From NCBI GenBank assembly GCA_963978095.1, contig CAXBQP010000007.1:1-64000 (forward strand): a stretch of DNA of 64,000 bases, given 5' to 3'. Position numbers and translations under genes: made by a program. This document shows, one piece after another, positions 30,224 through 38,594 of this stretch. Numbering within the stretch: position 1 is the stretch's first letter; the number at the start of each line of letters is the position of its first letter. Origin of the DNA: an uncultured bacterium. Lineage in GTDB: Bacteria; Gemmatimonadota; Gemmatimonadetes; Gemmatimonadales; Gemmatimonadaceae. The notes beneath the pieces were generated by a model that made no database searches, had not been told where the DNA came from, and worked only from the letters and a program-made list of their open reading frames with translations.

Positions 30224-30646
30224 CTAGCTGACCATCCCGTTCAGGGGCATCGACGGGGCGCCGATTCGCACGTGCAACGTCAGTTCCGCGCGCAACTTCC
30301 CATCGAGATCCACGCGCATCGTATGCGCCCCGGCGTCCTGGATGGGAAGATCGATCGACGCGATGACCGGGATGTCGATATCGGTCGCGCCGGGTGGGGG
30401 ATTGCCCACCTCGAGTTCCCCGGAACTCGACCAGATCTCCTCGCCGCGCGGTGTCATCCAGCCGAACGCGAGCGTGTGGAGTCCGACATCGGTCACGTCG
30501 GCCTTGAGGCGGACCACGAGCGTGGCGCGCGGATGGACCGCGGGGAGGTTGCCGATCTGCAGGGCATCGAACACCCCGAGGATGTTCAGCTTGCCTTCCT
30601 GCGAGATATTGGCGGCGTCGGCGAAGAGTGCGAAGGAAACATGCAT
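30224..30646 (-). CDS. Conserved hypothetical protein (DUF6941-like)
   Basis: MHVSFALFADAANISQEGKLNILGVFD N-terminus; -10 hexamer 5 nt upstream. Confidence 0.7.
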   Translation of the reverse strand: MHVSFALFADAANISQEGKLNILGVFDALQIGNLPAVHPRATLVVRLKADVTDVGLHTLAFGWMTPRGEEIWSSSGELEVGNPPPGATDIDIPVIASIDLPIQDAGAHTMRVDLDGKLRAELTLHVRIGAPSMPLNGMVS

Positions 30647-30730
30647 GCGCCAAGCTAGCGCCCGGCACGGGGAGACGTCAAAGGGCTCGCGATGGTAGCC
30701 GCCGGGTGACGCCCCGTTAGCTTTCATCGA

Positions 30731-31651
30731 ATGCCCGACGCCAAGACCCGTCACCACCGCGAAGTCGTCGTGACCGAGATGCTCCTGATCGCCATGGCGG
30801 TGATCTGGGGGTGCAACTTCACGGTCAACAAGTATGGCACGCAGGTGCTCGAGCCCTTGGTGTACACCACGATTCGGATGGTGGCTGGCACGATCGCGAT
30901 GATGGTGCTCATCCTGGCGGGACGAAAAAGCAAGGCGACGCGGACGGAGAAGATGCGCCTCCTGATGCTTGGCTTGCTCGGGCACGGCGCCTATCAGCTG
31001 CTCTTCATCTACGGGATCGCGCGCACGCGTGCCGGAACCGCAGCCTTGGTGATCGCCTCGAGTCCGGCGATCATCGCCATCGTGATGCGCACCTTCCGCC
31101 ATGAACGGCTCGCCCCGCGCGCGCTCGTGGGGATCGCGCTGTCCATACTCGGCATCGCCATCGTGATGGCGGGGTCGGCGCAGGAGGCCCATGGCGGCTC
31201 CTCGGTGGTGGGCGATCTCATGATTCTGGGCGCAGTGGTCTGCTGGGGGTTCTATACGATGTGGCTCAAGCCGCTCACGCATATCGAGGGGACGGAGCTT
31301 GCGGCGTGGACATTGCTCGGCGGCACCGCACCGCTCGTGCTGATCGCGACCCCGGCATTGTTGCAGACGGATTTCCACGTGATCGCCCCACTGACTTGGG
31401 CCGCGATCGCGTACAGCGGACTGGGGTCGATGGGGCTGGGGTATCTGTTCTGGTACCGCGGCGTGCGCGTGATCGGCCCGACGCGCACCGCCATGTTCTC
31501 GAACCTCCAGCCGATCGTGGCGGTGCTGGTCTCGTGGCCGCTGCTCGGTGAGCATCCGACTCCGTGGCAGGGCGTTGGTGCCCTTGGCGTCATGATCGGT
31601 CTCTGGCTCACCCGGCAGATTCCTGCCGTCGAGCCGGCGCACGGCGAATGA
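30731..31651 (+). CDS. DMT/EamA family transporter
   Basis: About 10 hydrophobic segments, IWGCNF, NLQPIVA, LLGE. Confidence 0.92.
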   Translation: MPDAKTRHHREVVVTEMLLIAMAVIWGCNFTVNKYGTQVLEPLVYTTIRMVAGTIAMMVLILAGRKSKATRTEKMRLLMLGLLGHGAYQLLFIYGIARTRAGTAALVIASSPAIIAIVMRTFRHERLAPRALVGIALSILGIAIVMAGSAQEAHGGSSVVGDLMILGAVVCWGFYTMWLKPLTHIEGTELAAWTLLGGTAPLVLIATPALLQTDFHVIAPLTWAAIAYSGLGSMGLGYLFWYRGVRVIGPTRTAMFSNLQPIVAVLVSWPLLGEHPTPWQGVGALGVMIGLWLTRQIPAVEPAHGE

Positions 31652-32340
31652 AAATCGCCCTCTTTGATATCGACGGCACCCTCGTGTGGACACAGGGCGC
31701 GGGGAAACGCGCGATGGAGCGCGCGCTGGTCGCCATCGTCGGAAACGCGGGTCCCGAGGGGCACCGCTACGACGGCAAGACCGACCGGCAGATCGTGCGT
31801 GAAGCCATGCTGCTCACCGGACACGAGGCGTCGCGCGTCGAGTCGCTCATGGAAGCCGTCATCGCACGCTATCTGATCGAGCTCGAACCTGAACTGGCGG
31901 GTGCGGATCCGGATGCCTTCGTGCTCCCGGGGGTGCATGCCGTGCTCGATGCCGTTCACGAGCAGGAGGATATCGTCCTCGGATTACTCACCGGGAACGT
32001 CGTGTCCGGCGCTGTGCGGAAGCTGAAGGCGGCAGGCATCGACGCCGATCGATTCGTCGTCGGAGCCTATGGCAGCGATCACGAGTCGCGTCCCGAACTT
32101 CCGCCCATCGCGCGCGCCCGTGCGGAGGCCGCGCTGGGCCGCCCCGTGAATGGCGCGGACTGTGTGATCATCGGCGACACCCCAATGGACGTCGCCTGCG
32201 GACGCCCGATGGGAGCCCGTGCCATCGCCGTCGCCACGGGGCATTACGACGTCGCGGCACTCACCGCCTGCGCCCCGGATGCCGTCTTCGCGGACCTCAC
32301 CGATACCGCGGCTGTGCTTGAGGCGATCCGTGTCGCGTGA
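31648..32340 (+). CDS. HAD family phosphatase
   Basis: LFDIDGTL, GLLTGN, IIGDTPMD. Confidence 0.92.
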   Translation: MKIALFDIDGTLVWTQGAGKRAMERALVAIVGNAGPEGHRYDGKTDRQIVREAMLLTGHEASRVESLMEAVIARYLIELEPELAGADPDAFVLPGVHAVLDAVHEQEDIVLGLLTGNVVSGAVRKLKAAGIDADRFVVGAYGSDHESRPELPPIARARAEAALGRPVNGADCVIIGDTPMDVACGRPMGARAIAVATGHYDVAALTACAPDAVFADLTDTAAVLEAIRVA

Positions 32341-32926
32341 GGTCGAGCTCAAGGGGATCGCGACGGATCCGGCCGCGGTTCTAGCGGCGCTCCGCGCCGA
32401 CGGTGCTGTGGTGATGTTCGAAGGACGCCTCCACGATCTTCGATATGACACCGTCGACCGCGCGCTCGCGGCGCGCGATTGCGTGCTGCGGCTCCGCGTC
32501 TACGAGAATGCTGACGGCACATCCGCGGGCCTCGACTGGAAAGGGCCCACGGGCTACGAAGACGGATACAAGGTGCGCCAAGAGTTGACCACCGGCGTCA
32601 CCGACGCATCCGCGCTCAAGCGCATGCTCGAAGCGCTCGGCTATGTGGTCACCCGAGAGATCGATCGGCGGATCGTCCAGTTCCGCTGCCGCGGCGCCGT
32701 CGTGCGACTGGAGCACTATCCGCGCATGGATGTGCTGGTTGAGGTGGAGGGCGATCCCGCGGCCATCGAGGCGGCCATCAGCGTGACGGGCATTCCGCGC
32801 CCAGCATTCACCACCGGGCGCCTGCCGGACTTCGCGCGCGCCTTCGAGCTCCGCACCGGCGAGCGCGCCGCGGTCTGCGACGACGAGCTTCGCGGCGTGT
32901 ATCGATACAGCCTCACCGATGCCTGA
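32330..32926 (+). CDS. CYTH domain protein (class IV adenylate cyclase-like)
   Basis: EVELK motif, YDT, LRLR, WKGP, KVRQE, LVEVEG. Confidence 0.85.
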   Translation: MSREVELKGIATDPAAVLAALRADGAVVMFEGRLHDLRYDTVDRALAARDCVLRLRVYENADGTSAGLDWKGPTGYEDGYKVRQELTTGVTDASALKRMLEALGYVVTREIDRRIVQFRCRGAVVRLEHYPRMDVLVEVEGDPAAIEAAISVTGIPRPAFTTGRLPDFARAFELRTGERAAVCDDELRGVYRYSLTDA

Positions 32927-33434
32927 GCTTCCTGAGGCGAGGCCCCTGCCGGAGTTCACACGATCCCTGCGGGGGTTCGCCGATGTGCACGCCCTGGGCG
33001 AGCACAGCCATGATGTGGTGTTCGGGCCATTCATCGACGCGCGGCGAGCGGCCCATGCGGCGCGCACGCTGAGCGACCAGCTGCGCGCGTTGGAGGCGAC
33101 ATCCCTGTCATTGGTCCTCGAGCGGGCGATCGACACCATCGCGCATGAGCGCTGGCCGTCGTCAGCGCCGGATCGCCGCGCCCTCGCCGCGTGGCTCACC
33201 GACGCGGCGTCCCCGGTCTTCGAAGCGCTGCAGCGGGCCGACCGGGCGGCGCGTTGGCTGTCCGGCGCCGGTGACGCGGACCGCGATGGGTGTTGGCAGG
33301 GATGGGTGGACGCGCTCGCGATGCTCTATCGGGCGCTCGACGCGTTTTGGATCGCGATCCAGCCCACCCTGGTGCCCGTCCCTGCGCGACGTCGGGCCAC
33401 CGTCGCGAAGACTCAGCCCCAAGGAAAAGGATGA
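32919..33434 (+). CDS. Hypothetical helical protein
   Basis: Fills the gap with overlaps to both CYTH and acpS genes; no motif recognised. Confidence 0.65.
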   Translation: MPELPEARPLPEFTRSLRGFADVHALGEHSHDVVFGPFIDARRAAHAARTLSDQLRALEATSLSLVLERAIDTIAHERWPSSAPDRRALAAWLTDAASPVFEALQRADRAARWLSGAGDADRDGCWQGWVDALAMLYRALDAFWIAIQPTLVPVPARRRATVAKTQPQGKG

Positions 33435-33814
33435 TCATCGGCATCGGCATCGATGTGGTGGATGTTTCCCGCGTGGAGCAGATGCTCGCCGACAAGGGAG
33501 CGCGATTGCTCGCGCGCCTGTTCACCGAGGCCGAAGCGGCCTACGCCAACGAGCGGGCGCGGCCGGCGCTGCACCTCGCGGCACGGCTCGCGGCCAAGGA
33601 AGCCGCGTTCAAGGCACTCGCCGGCAGCGATGACGCACGCCTCATCGGATGGCGCGAGGTGGAGGTGGTCCCGCGCCCCGGAAACTCCCCGACGCTGCGG
33701 TTCACGGGACGCGCGGAGATGCGCCTGCGAGAGCTCGAGGTCCGGCAGGTCTGGGTGACGCTCACCCATACCGATCTGACGGCCGCCGCCGTCGTCATTC
33801 TGGAGCGGGCCTAG
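33431..33814 (+). CDS. acpS: Holo-ACP synthase
   Basis: IGIGIDVV, LFTEAE, AARLAAKEAAFKAL, VTLTHT. Confidence 0.95.
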   Translation: MIIGIGIDVVDVSRVEQMLADKGARLLARLFTEAEAAYANERARPALHLAARLAAKEAAFKALAGSDDARLIGWREVEVVPRPGNSPTLRFTGRAEMRLRELEVRQVWVTLTHTDLTAAAVVILERA

Positions 33815-33832
33815 CCGCGCTCCGCAGGCCGC

Positions 33833-34687
33833 TTACGCCGAGGCGTAGATCCCCGGAGCCCCATCGCGCGGTGTGCGGCGCATCTGCATCCAGACCACGC
33901 CGAGCGCCACGAAGCCGATCGCGATCGTCTGCGCGAGCGTGAAGCCCGCGAAGAAGCGATCGTCCTTGGCGCGGAAGAACTCCACGAGGAAACGTTCGAT
34001 CCCCGCCAACACGCAATACACGCCGAACAGCCACCCCTCCGCGTGCTTGTGGTCGCGCATCCGCCAGAGGACCGCGAACATCACCAGCCCCATCGCGACC
34101 TCGAACAGCTGGGTCGGGTACACGCCCATCACGTCCGTGATGCGGTGTCCGGAGACGCCGCCGAGGCCGAACTGCGAGACCATGTTGCCCACCGTTGACG
34201 GCGGCGCACCGTCAGGGAACTTCACGGCCAACGGTGAGTTCCACGGTCGTCCGTAATCGTCGCCCACCGCCCAGCATCCGCTCCGCCCGACCGAATACGC
34301 CGCGGCGAGACCGATCGAGGTCGCATCGCTGATTCGCGTGAAGGGAAGCCGCTTCATGCGGATCACGATGGCCGTCGCCGTGATGCCGCCGATGAGTCCG
34401 CCCCAGAACACGAATCCACCGCGACTGAAGAACGACTCATGGAAGAGGATCATGTAGTAAAGCTTCGCCCCGAGCAGTCCCCCGATCACGGCGCCGACCA
34501 CGATGTCGCCCATCGCCTCGGCCGATGCGTGCTGTCCGCGCCGGGTGAGCTCGCTCGTCGCCACGAACTGGCCGATGAGAAAGGCCAGGAGCATCGCGAT
34601 GCCGAACCCCGTGATGGGAAGCGGGCCGATCGCGATCTCGAACTTGTGGATCGTGGTGCCGAGGAAATCCGTGGTGGTCGGGGGCAT
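33833..34687 (-). CDS. lgt: Prolipoprotein diacylglyceryl transferase
   Basis: GLLGAKLYY, GGFVFWGG, VGRSGC, YPTQLFE, RFLVEFFR. Confidence 0.9.
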   Translation of the reverse strand: MPPTTTDFLGTTIHKFEIAIGPLPITGFGIAMLLAFLIGQFVATSELTRRGQHASAEAMGDIVVGAVIGGLLGAKLYYMILFHESFFSRGGFVFWGGLIGGITATAIVIRMKRLPFTRISDATSIGLAAAYSVGRSGCWAVGDDYGRPWNSPLAVKFPDGAPPSTVGNMVSQFGLGGVSGHRITDVMGVYPTQLFEVAMGLVMFAVLWRMRDHKHAEGWLFGVYCVLAGIERFLVEFFRAKDDRFFAGFTLAQTIAIGFVALGVVWMQMRRTPRDGAPGIYASA

Positions 34688-34696
34688 GGGCAGAAC

Positions 34697-35767
34697 TTAA
34701 GGGTGCGGCGCGCCTGTGACGAGTCCAGGGATCGGCTGCGACGCGAACGCGTTCAATCCCGCGTGCGCGCGCTCTCCGCGGTCCAGGCGGAAGAGACCGG
34801 CGCGGGCGATCATGGCGGCATTGTCGGTCGCGAGCCGGAGGCTTGGCGCGAACACGGTCGCGGCAGTACCGCGCGCGCGGGCAAGCTGCCGTTGCAACTC
34901 GGCGACCAGTGCACGGTTGCAGGCAACGCCACCGCCCAGCACGATCTTGTCGCGGCCGAAGGCCTGTGCGGCGCGCACCGACTTGGCCGCGAGCGTGTCG
35001 ATGAGCGCGTCCTGGAATCCGCGCGCGATGTGTGGGCGATCCGCGTCGAGCGTTCCCGCGTCCTCGGCCGCCCGGACGGCGAGCAACACGGCGGTCTTGA
35101 GGCCGGAGAAGGAGACGTCAAAAAAATCGTCGTCGCCGAGTCGCTGACCGCCGTGGAGCATCGGGCGCGGGAAGCGATGACGCCGTGGATCTCCCGCCGT
35201 GGCGAGTCGTTCGATGTGTCGTCCGCCGGGGTAGGGGAGGCCGAGCAGTTTCGCGACTTTGTCGAAGGCCTCACCGGCGGCGTCGTCGCGCGTGGCCCCC
35301 AGCAAGCGGTATTCGCCCCACGCGGCGACATCGAGCAGAAGCGTGTGGCCGCCGCTCACGAGCAGGGCGGTGAATGGCGGTTCGGCGTCGGCGTCATCGA
35401 GCGACGTCGCAAAAAGATGCCCTTCCATGTGATGCACACCCACGAGCGGCACGCCCAGGGTGGCGGCGAGGCTCTTGGCGTAGCTCACGCCGACGAGCAG
35501 CGCTCCCACGAGCCCGGGGGCGTTGGTTACCGCCACGGCATCGATGTCGCCGAGCGTCAGCCGCGCCTCACGCAGCGCGTGCGAGACCACCGGGCTGATG
35601 GCGGTCAGGTGCGCGCGCGACGCGATTTCGGGCACCACGCCGCCGAAAATCGCGTGCACGTCTTGCGACAGAATCGCGAGTGACCGGAGCGTCGCCGTGC
35701 GGCCGTTGCCATCGACGACGGCGGCGGAGGTCTCGTCGCAGGAACTCTCGATGCCAAGGACGCGCAC
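34697..35767 (-). CDS. tsaD: tRNA N6-adenosine threonylcarbamoyltransferase
   Basis: GIESSCDETS, GGVVPEIASRAH, HHMEGH, VSGGHT, DDAAGEAFDK, TDNAAMI. Confidence 0.97.
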   Translation of the reverse strand: MRVLGIESSCDETSAAVVDGNGRTATLRSLAILSQDVHAIFGGVVPEIASRAHLTAISPVVSHALREARLTLGDIDAVAVTNAPGLVGALLVGVSYAKSLAATLGVPLVGVHHMEGHLFATSLDDADAEPPFTALLVSGGHTLLLDVAAWGEYRLLGATRDDAAGEAFDKVAKLLGLPYPGGRHIERLATAGDPRRHRFPRPMLHGGQRLGDDDFFDVSFSGLKTAVLLAVRAAEDAGTLDADRPHIARGFQDALIDTLAAKSVRAAQAFGRDKIVLGGGVACNRALVAELQRQLARARGTAATVFAPSLRLATDNAAMIARAGLFRLDRGERAHAGLNAFASQPIPGLVTGAPHP

Positions 35768-35783
35768 GACTATCGCCGGTGCG

Positions 35784-36341
35784 TCACGACGCGGGTTCGG
35801 CGAGCAACTGGCGGATCAGCGCCTTGTGACTCTCCGCGTTCCAGTCCGTGCCTCCGCTGACGCGCTTGCGAATGACGCCGTCGCGCCCGATGACGAAGGT
35901 CTCGGGGACGCCGGAGGTCACATACTGGAGCTGGATGTTCTGCGTGGCGTCGTAGAGGATGTCAAACGTGAGCCCGAACTCCTTGGTGAAGTCGCGGATC
36001 GCCTGTTCCATCCCCGGCTGATCGACGCTGACCGCGACGATCTTGAGTCCCTGCGGTCCCAGCTCGCTGTGCAACCGCTGCATGCTCGGCATCTCGGCGC
36101 GGCACGGGTCGCACCACGTTGCCCAGATGTTGAGCAGGACGACCTGTCCCTTGTAGTCGGCAATCGATCGCGCACGCGTTCCGTCCACATTGGCCACCGG
36201 GAGCGCGGAGAAGGCGGGGGCCTTCGCCCCGGCTTCGACGGTCGGGACGGCATCGCCCATGATGCGGGCACCGAGGGCGAGCGCCCCGCCGACCAGGGCG
36301 ACGATTGCTCCCACGAGCAGCCACTGGGTTCGGTTCGTCAT
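35784..36341 (-). CDS. TlpA/ResA thiol-disulfide oxidoreductase
   Basis: N-terminal TM segment, NIWATWCDPCRAEMP, GVPETFVI. Confidence 0.92.
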   Translation of the reverse strand: MTNRTQWLLVGAIVALVGGALALGARIMGDAVPTVEAGAKAPAFSALPVANVDGTRARSIADYKGQVVLLNIWATWCDPCRAEMPSMQRLHSELGPQGLKIVAVSVDQPGMEQAIRDFTKEFGLTFDILYDATQNIQLQYVTSGVPETFVIGRDGVIRKRVSGGTDWNAESHKALIRQLLAEPAS

Positions 36342-37015
36342 GCGCGCTCGATGCACAGGGCCCGCAGCGCCCGGATTTCCGCGGCCGGGTCCTTGGCCGA
36401 GAAGACCGCGTTGCCGGCGACGAACGTGTCCGCGCCCGCGTGCCAGCACGCCGCGATCGTGTCGCGGCTCACGCCGCCGTCGACTTCAAGCGCGGCCGTG
36501 CTGCGCACGTCGTCGAGCATCGCGCGGGCCCGCGCGATCTTGTCGAGCGAGCCCGGGATGAACTTTTGTCCGCCGTAGCCCGGATTCACGCTCATGATCA
36601 GGAGCAGGTCGATGTCGGCGGCGATCTCGCGGATGCTCTCGAGGGGCGTGCCCGGGTTCAGGGTCACACCCGCTTGGCATCCGAGTTCGCGGATGCGCGC
36701 GATCTGGCGATGGACGTGCGACGCGGCTTCGACATGGATCGTGATGACGCTCGCGCCAGCCTTGGCGAAATCCTCGAGCTGCGTTTCCGGGTGCTCGACC
36801 ATCAGGTGCACATCGATCGGGAGCGTGGAGAGCCTGCGGCACGTTTCGAGGACCTTCGTTCCGAAGGTGATCGGCGGCACGAAGCTTCCGTCCATCACGT
36901 CGAAGTGCAACCAGTCGGCGCCGCCGGCTTCGAGCATCGCGAGGTCCTCTTTGAGGCGACCGAAATCCGCGGAGAGGAGCGAGGGAGCGATCCGGACCGT
37001 TCGGGTACGCGACAT
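36338..37015 (-). CDS. rpe: Ribulose-phosphate 3-epimerase
   Basis: IAPSLLSADF, HFDVMDG, DVHLM, MSVNPGYGGQKF, EVDGGV. Confidence 0.97.
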   Translation of the reverse strand: MSRTRTVRIAPSLLSADFGRLKEDLAMLEAGGADWLHFDVMDGSFVPPITFGTKVLETCRRLSTLPIDVHLMVEHPETQLEDFAKAGASVITIHVEAASHVHRQIARIRELGCQAGVTLNPGTPLESIREIAADIDLLLIMSVNPGYGGQKFIPGSLDKIARARAMLDDVRSTAALEVDGGVSRDTIAACWHAGADTFVAGNAVFSAKDPAAEIRALRALCIERA

Positions 37016-38361
37016 CACGAACTCCTGCGGCGCATCCGCGCCGCGAAGGCGCCATCCGAGCCATGGCGCTGAGGGAGGACACGGAGCCGACCGGCATCGA
37101 GCACCCCCGCCGGGACGGCATCCGTTGGCGGTGGTTCGAGCACGAAATCCGGGTGTTCGGCGAGGAAGGTCTCGACCTGTGCGTCGTTCTCTTCGGACTC
37201 CAACGAACAGGTGCTGTAGAGCAGCAGGCCGCCGGGCTTCACGACCGAAGCCGCGGCACGAAGGATCGAACGCTGAGTCGCGGCCAGCACGGCCAGGTCG
37301 CTGGTGCGCAGGCGCCATCGTGCATCGGGGTGGCGCCGGAAGGTTCCGGTGCCGGTACATGGCGCATCGACCAGGACCGCATCGACGGGCGCCAAGGCCG
37401 GGAATCTGGCATCGGTGACCATCGGAAGCACATTCACCAGCTCGAGCCGGTCGATGGTCTCTCGCACTCGTGCGAGTCGCGCGGCCGAGGCATCCGCCGC
37501 GATGACCGTACGGGCAACACGCGAGAGTTCGACCGTCTTGCCGCCTGGCGCCGCGCACAGGTCCGCGACCGTCGCACCGGCAGGGATCGCCGCATACTGC
37601 GTCACGAGCGTGGCGGCGGGATCCTGTACGAAGAACAGCCCCTGCTGGAACGCGCCGAGTTCCGTGAGGGCGGCGCCGCTGATGCTCAAGGAGTCGCGTA
37701 CCAGAGGCGCGTCACTCACCTGGACGCCCGCCGCCTCGAGCATGGCCTCCAGTTGCTCGCGGACCACCCCCCATGGGCGGATCACCAGCGGCGCTTCGCG
37801 GTTGTTGGCGTCGAGCAGCGCGCGCGTGTCGGACTCTCCCCAGCGGGCGACCCACCGGGCCACGAGCCACCGCGGATGGGAGTACTCGGTGGCGATTCCT
37901 TCGAGTGGATCGTTGGGCGTCGGCAGCACCAAAGCGTCGCGCTCCCGGTCGAGTCGCCGCAGCACGGCGTTCGCGAGCTTGCTGGCACCAATTCCGTGGC
38001 GTCGTTTGGCGAGCTCCACCGTTTGCGCGATCGCCGCGTACGGGGGGACGCTCCCCATCGAGAGCAGCTGGTACGCCCCAAGCCGCAGCAGATCGGTGAG
38101 GTCCGGGTCGAGACGCACGAGTCCACCACGAACCCGGTCACTCAGCAGGGCGTCAAGACGGCCGCGGCACCGCAGCATCCCGTACACCAACTCCTGCGTC
38201 CACCGGCGGTCTCGGCTGTCGAGTAGCCCCACGCGACGGTCGAACGCTGCATCGAGCAAGAGTCCGGTCCGGATGTCCGCCAGAATGTCGGCTGCGGCGG
38301 AACGCGCGTCGGTGATACCGCCGCGGGTTGCGGTGCCGGAGCTTGCGTGGGGCTGGGCCAT
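37015..38361 (-). CDS. rsmB: 16S rRNA m5C967 methyltransferase
   Basis: NusB-like N-terminal domain, QDPA, DLCAAPGGKT, DAPCTGTG, YSTCS. Confidence 0.95.
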   Translation of the reverse strand: MAQPHASSGTATRGGITDARSAAADILADIRTGLLLDAAFDRRVGLLDSRDRRWTQELVYGMLRCRGRLDALLSDRVRGGLVRLDPDLTDLLRLGAYQLLSMGSVPPYAAIAQTVELAKRRHGIGASKLANAVLRRLDRERDALVLPTPNDPLEGIATEYSHPRWLVARWVARWGESDTRALLDANNREAPLVIRPWGVVREQLEAMLEAAGVQVSDAPLVRDSLSISGAALTELGAFQQGLFFVQDPAATLVTQYAAIPAGATVADLCAAPGGKTVELSRVARTVIAADASAARLARVRETIDRLELVNVLPMVTDARFPALAPVDAVLVDAPCTGTGTFRRHPDARWRLRTSDLAVLAATQRSILRAAASVVKPGGLLLYSTCSLESEENDAQVETFLAEHPDFVLEPPPTDAVPAGVLDAGRLRVLPQRHGSDGAFAARMRRRSS

Positions 38362-38594
38362 GCGAGAGGGCTTGGGAAGTTGACTCCCCGCAATATAAGG
38401 GGGCTGGGAGGGGGGGCGCCCGAAGGGAGGCGACTGGCCGCAGTCATCCTGCCGAATGAACCCAGCGCTTGCCCCCTGTGACCTCCCCCCCCGCCCAGAA
38501 GTCAAAGCTTGTGGCAACCCTTGGGGTCGGGCGTCTCGCCCGAGCCCCGGGCGCACCAACGCCTGCTGGTTCTTCCCTATTCGGCTGAGGTCGG

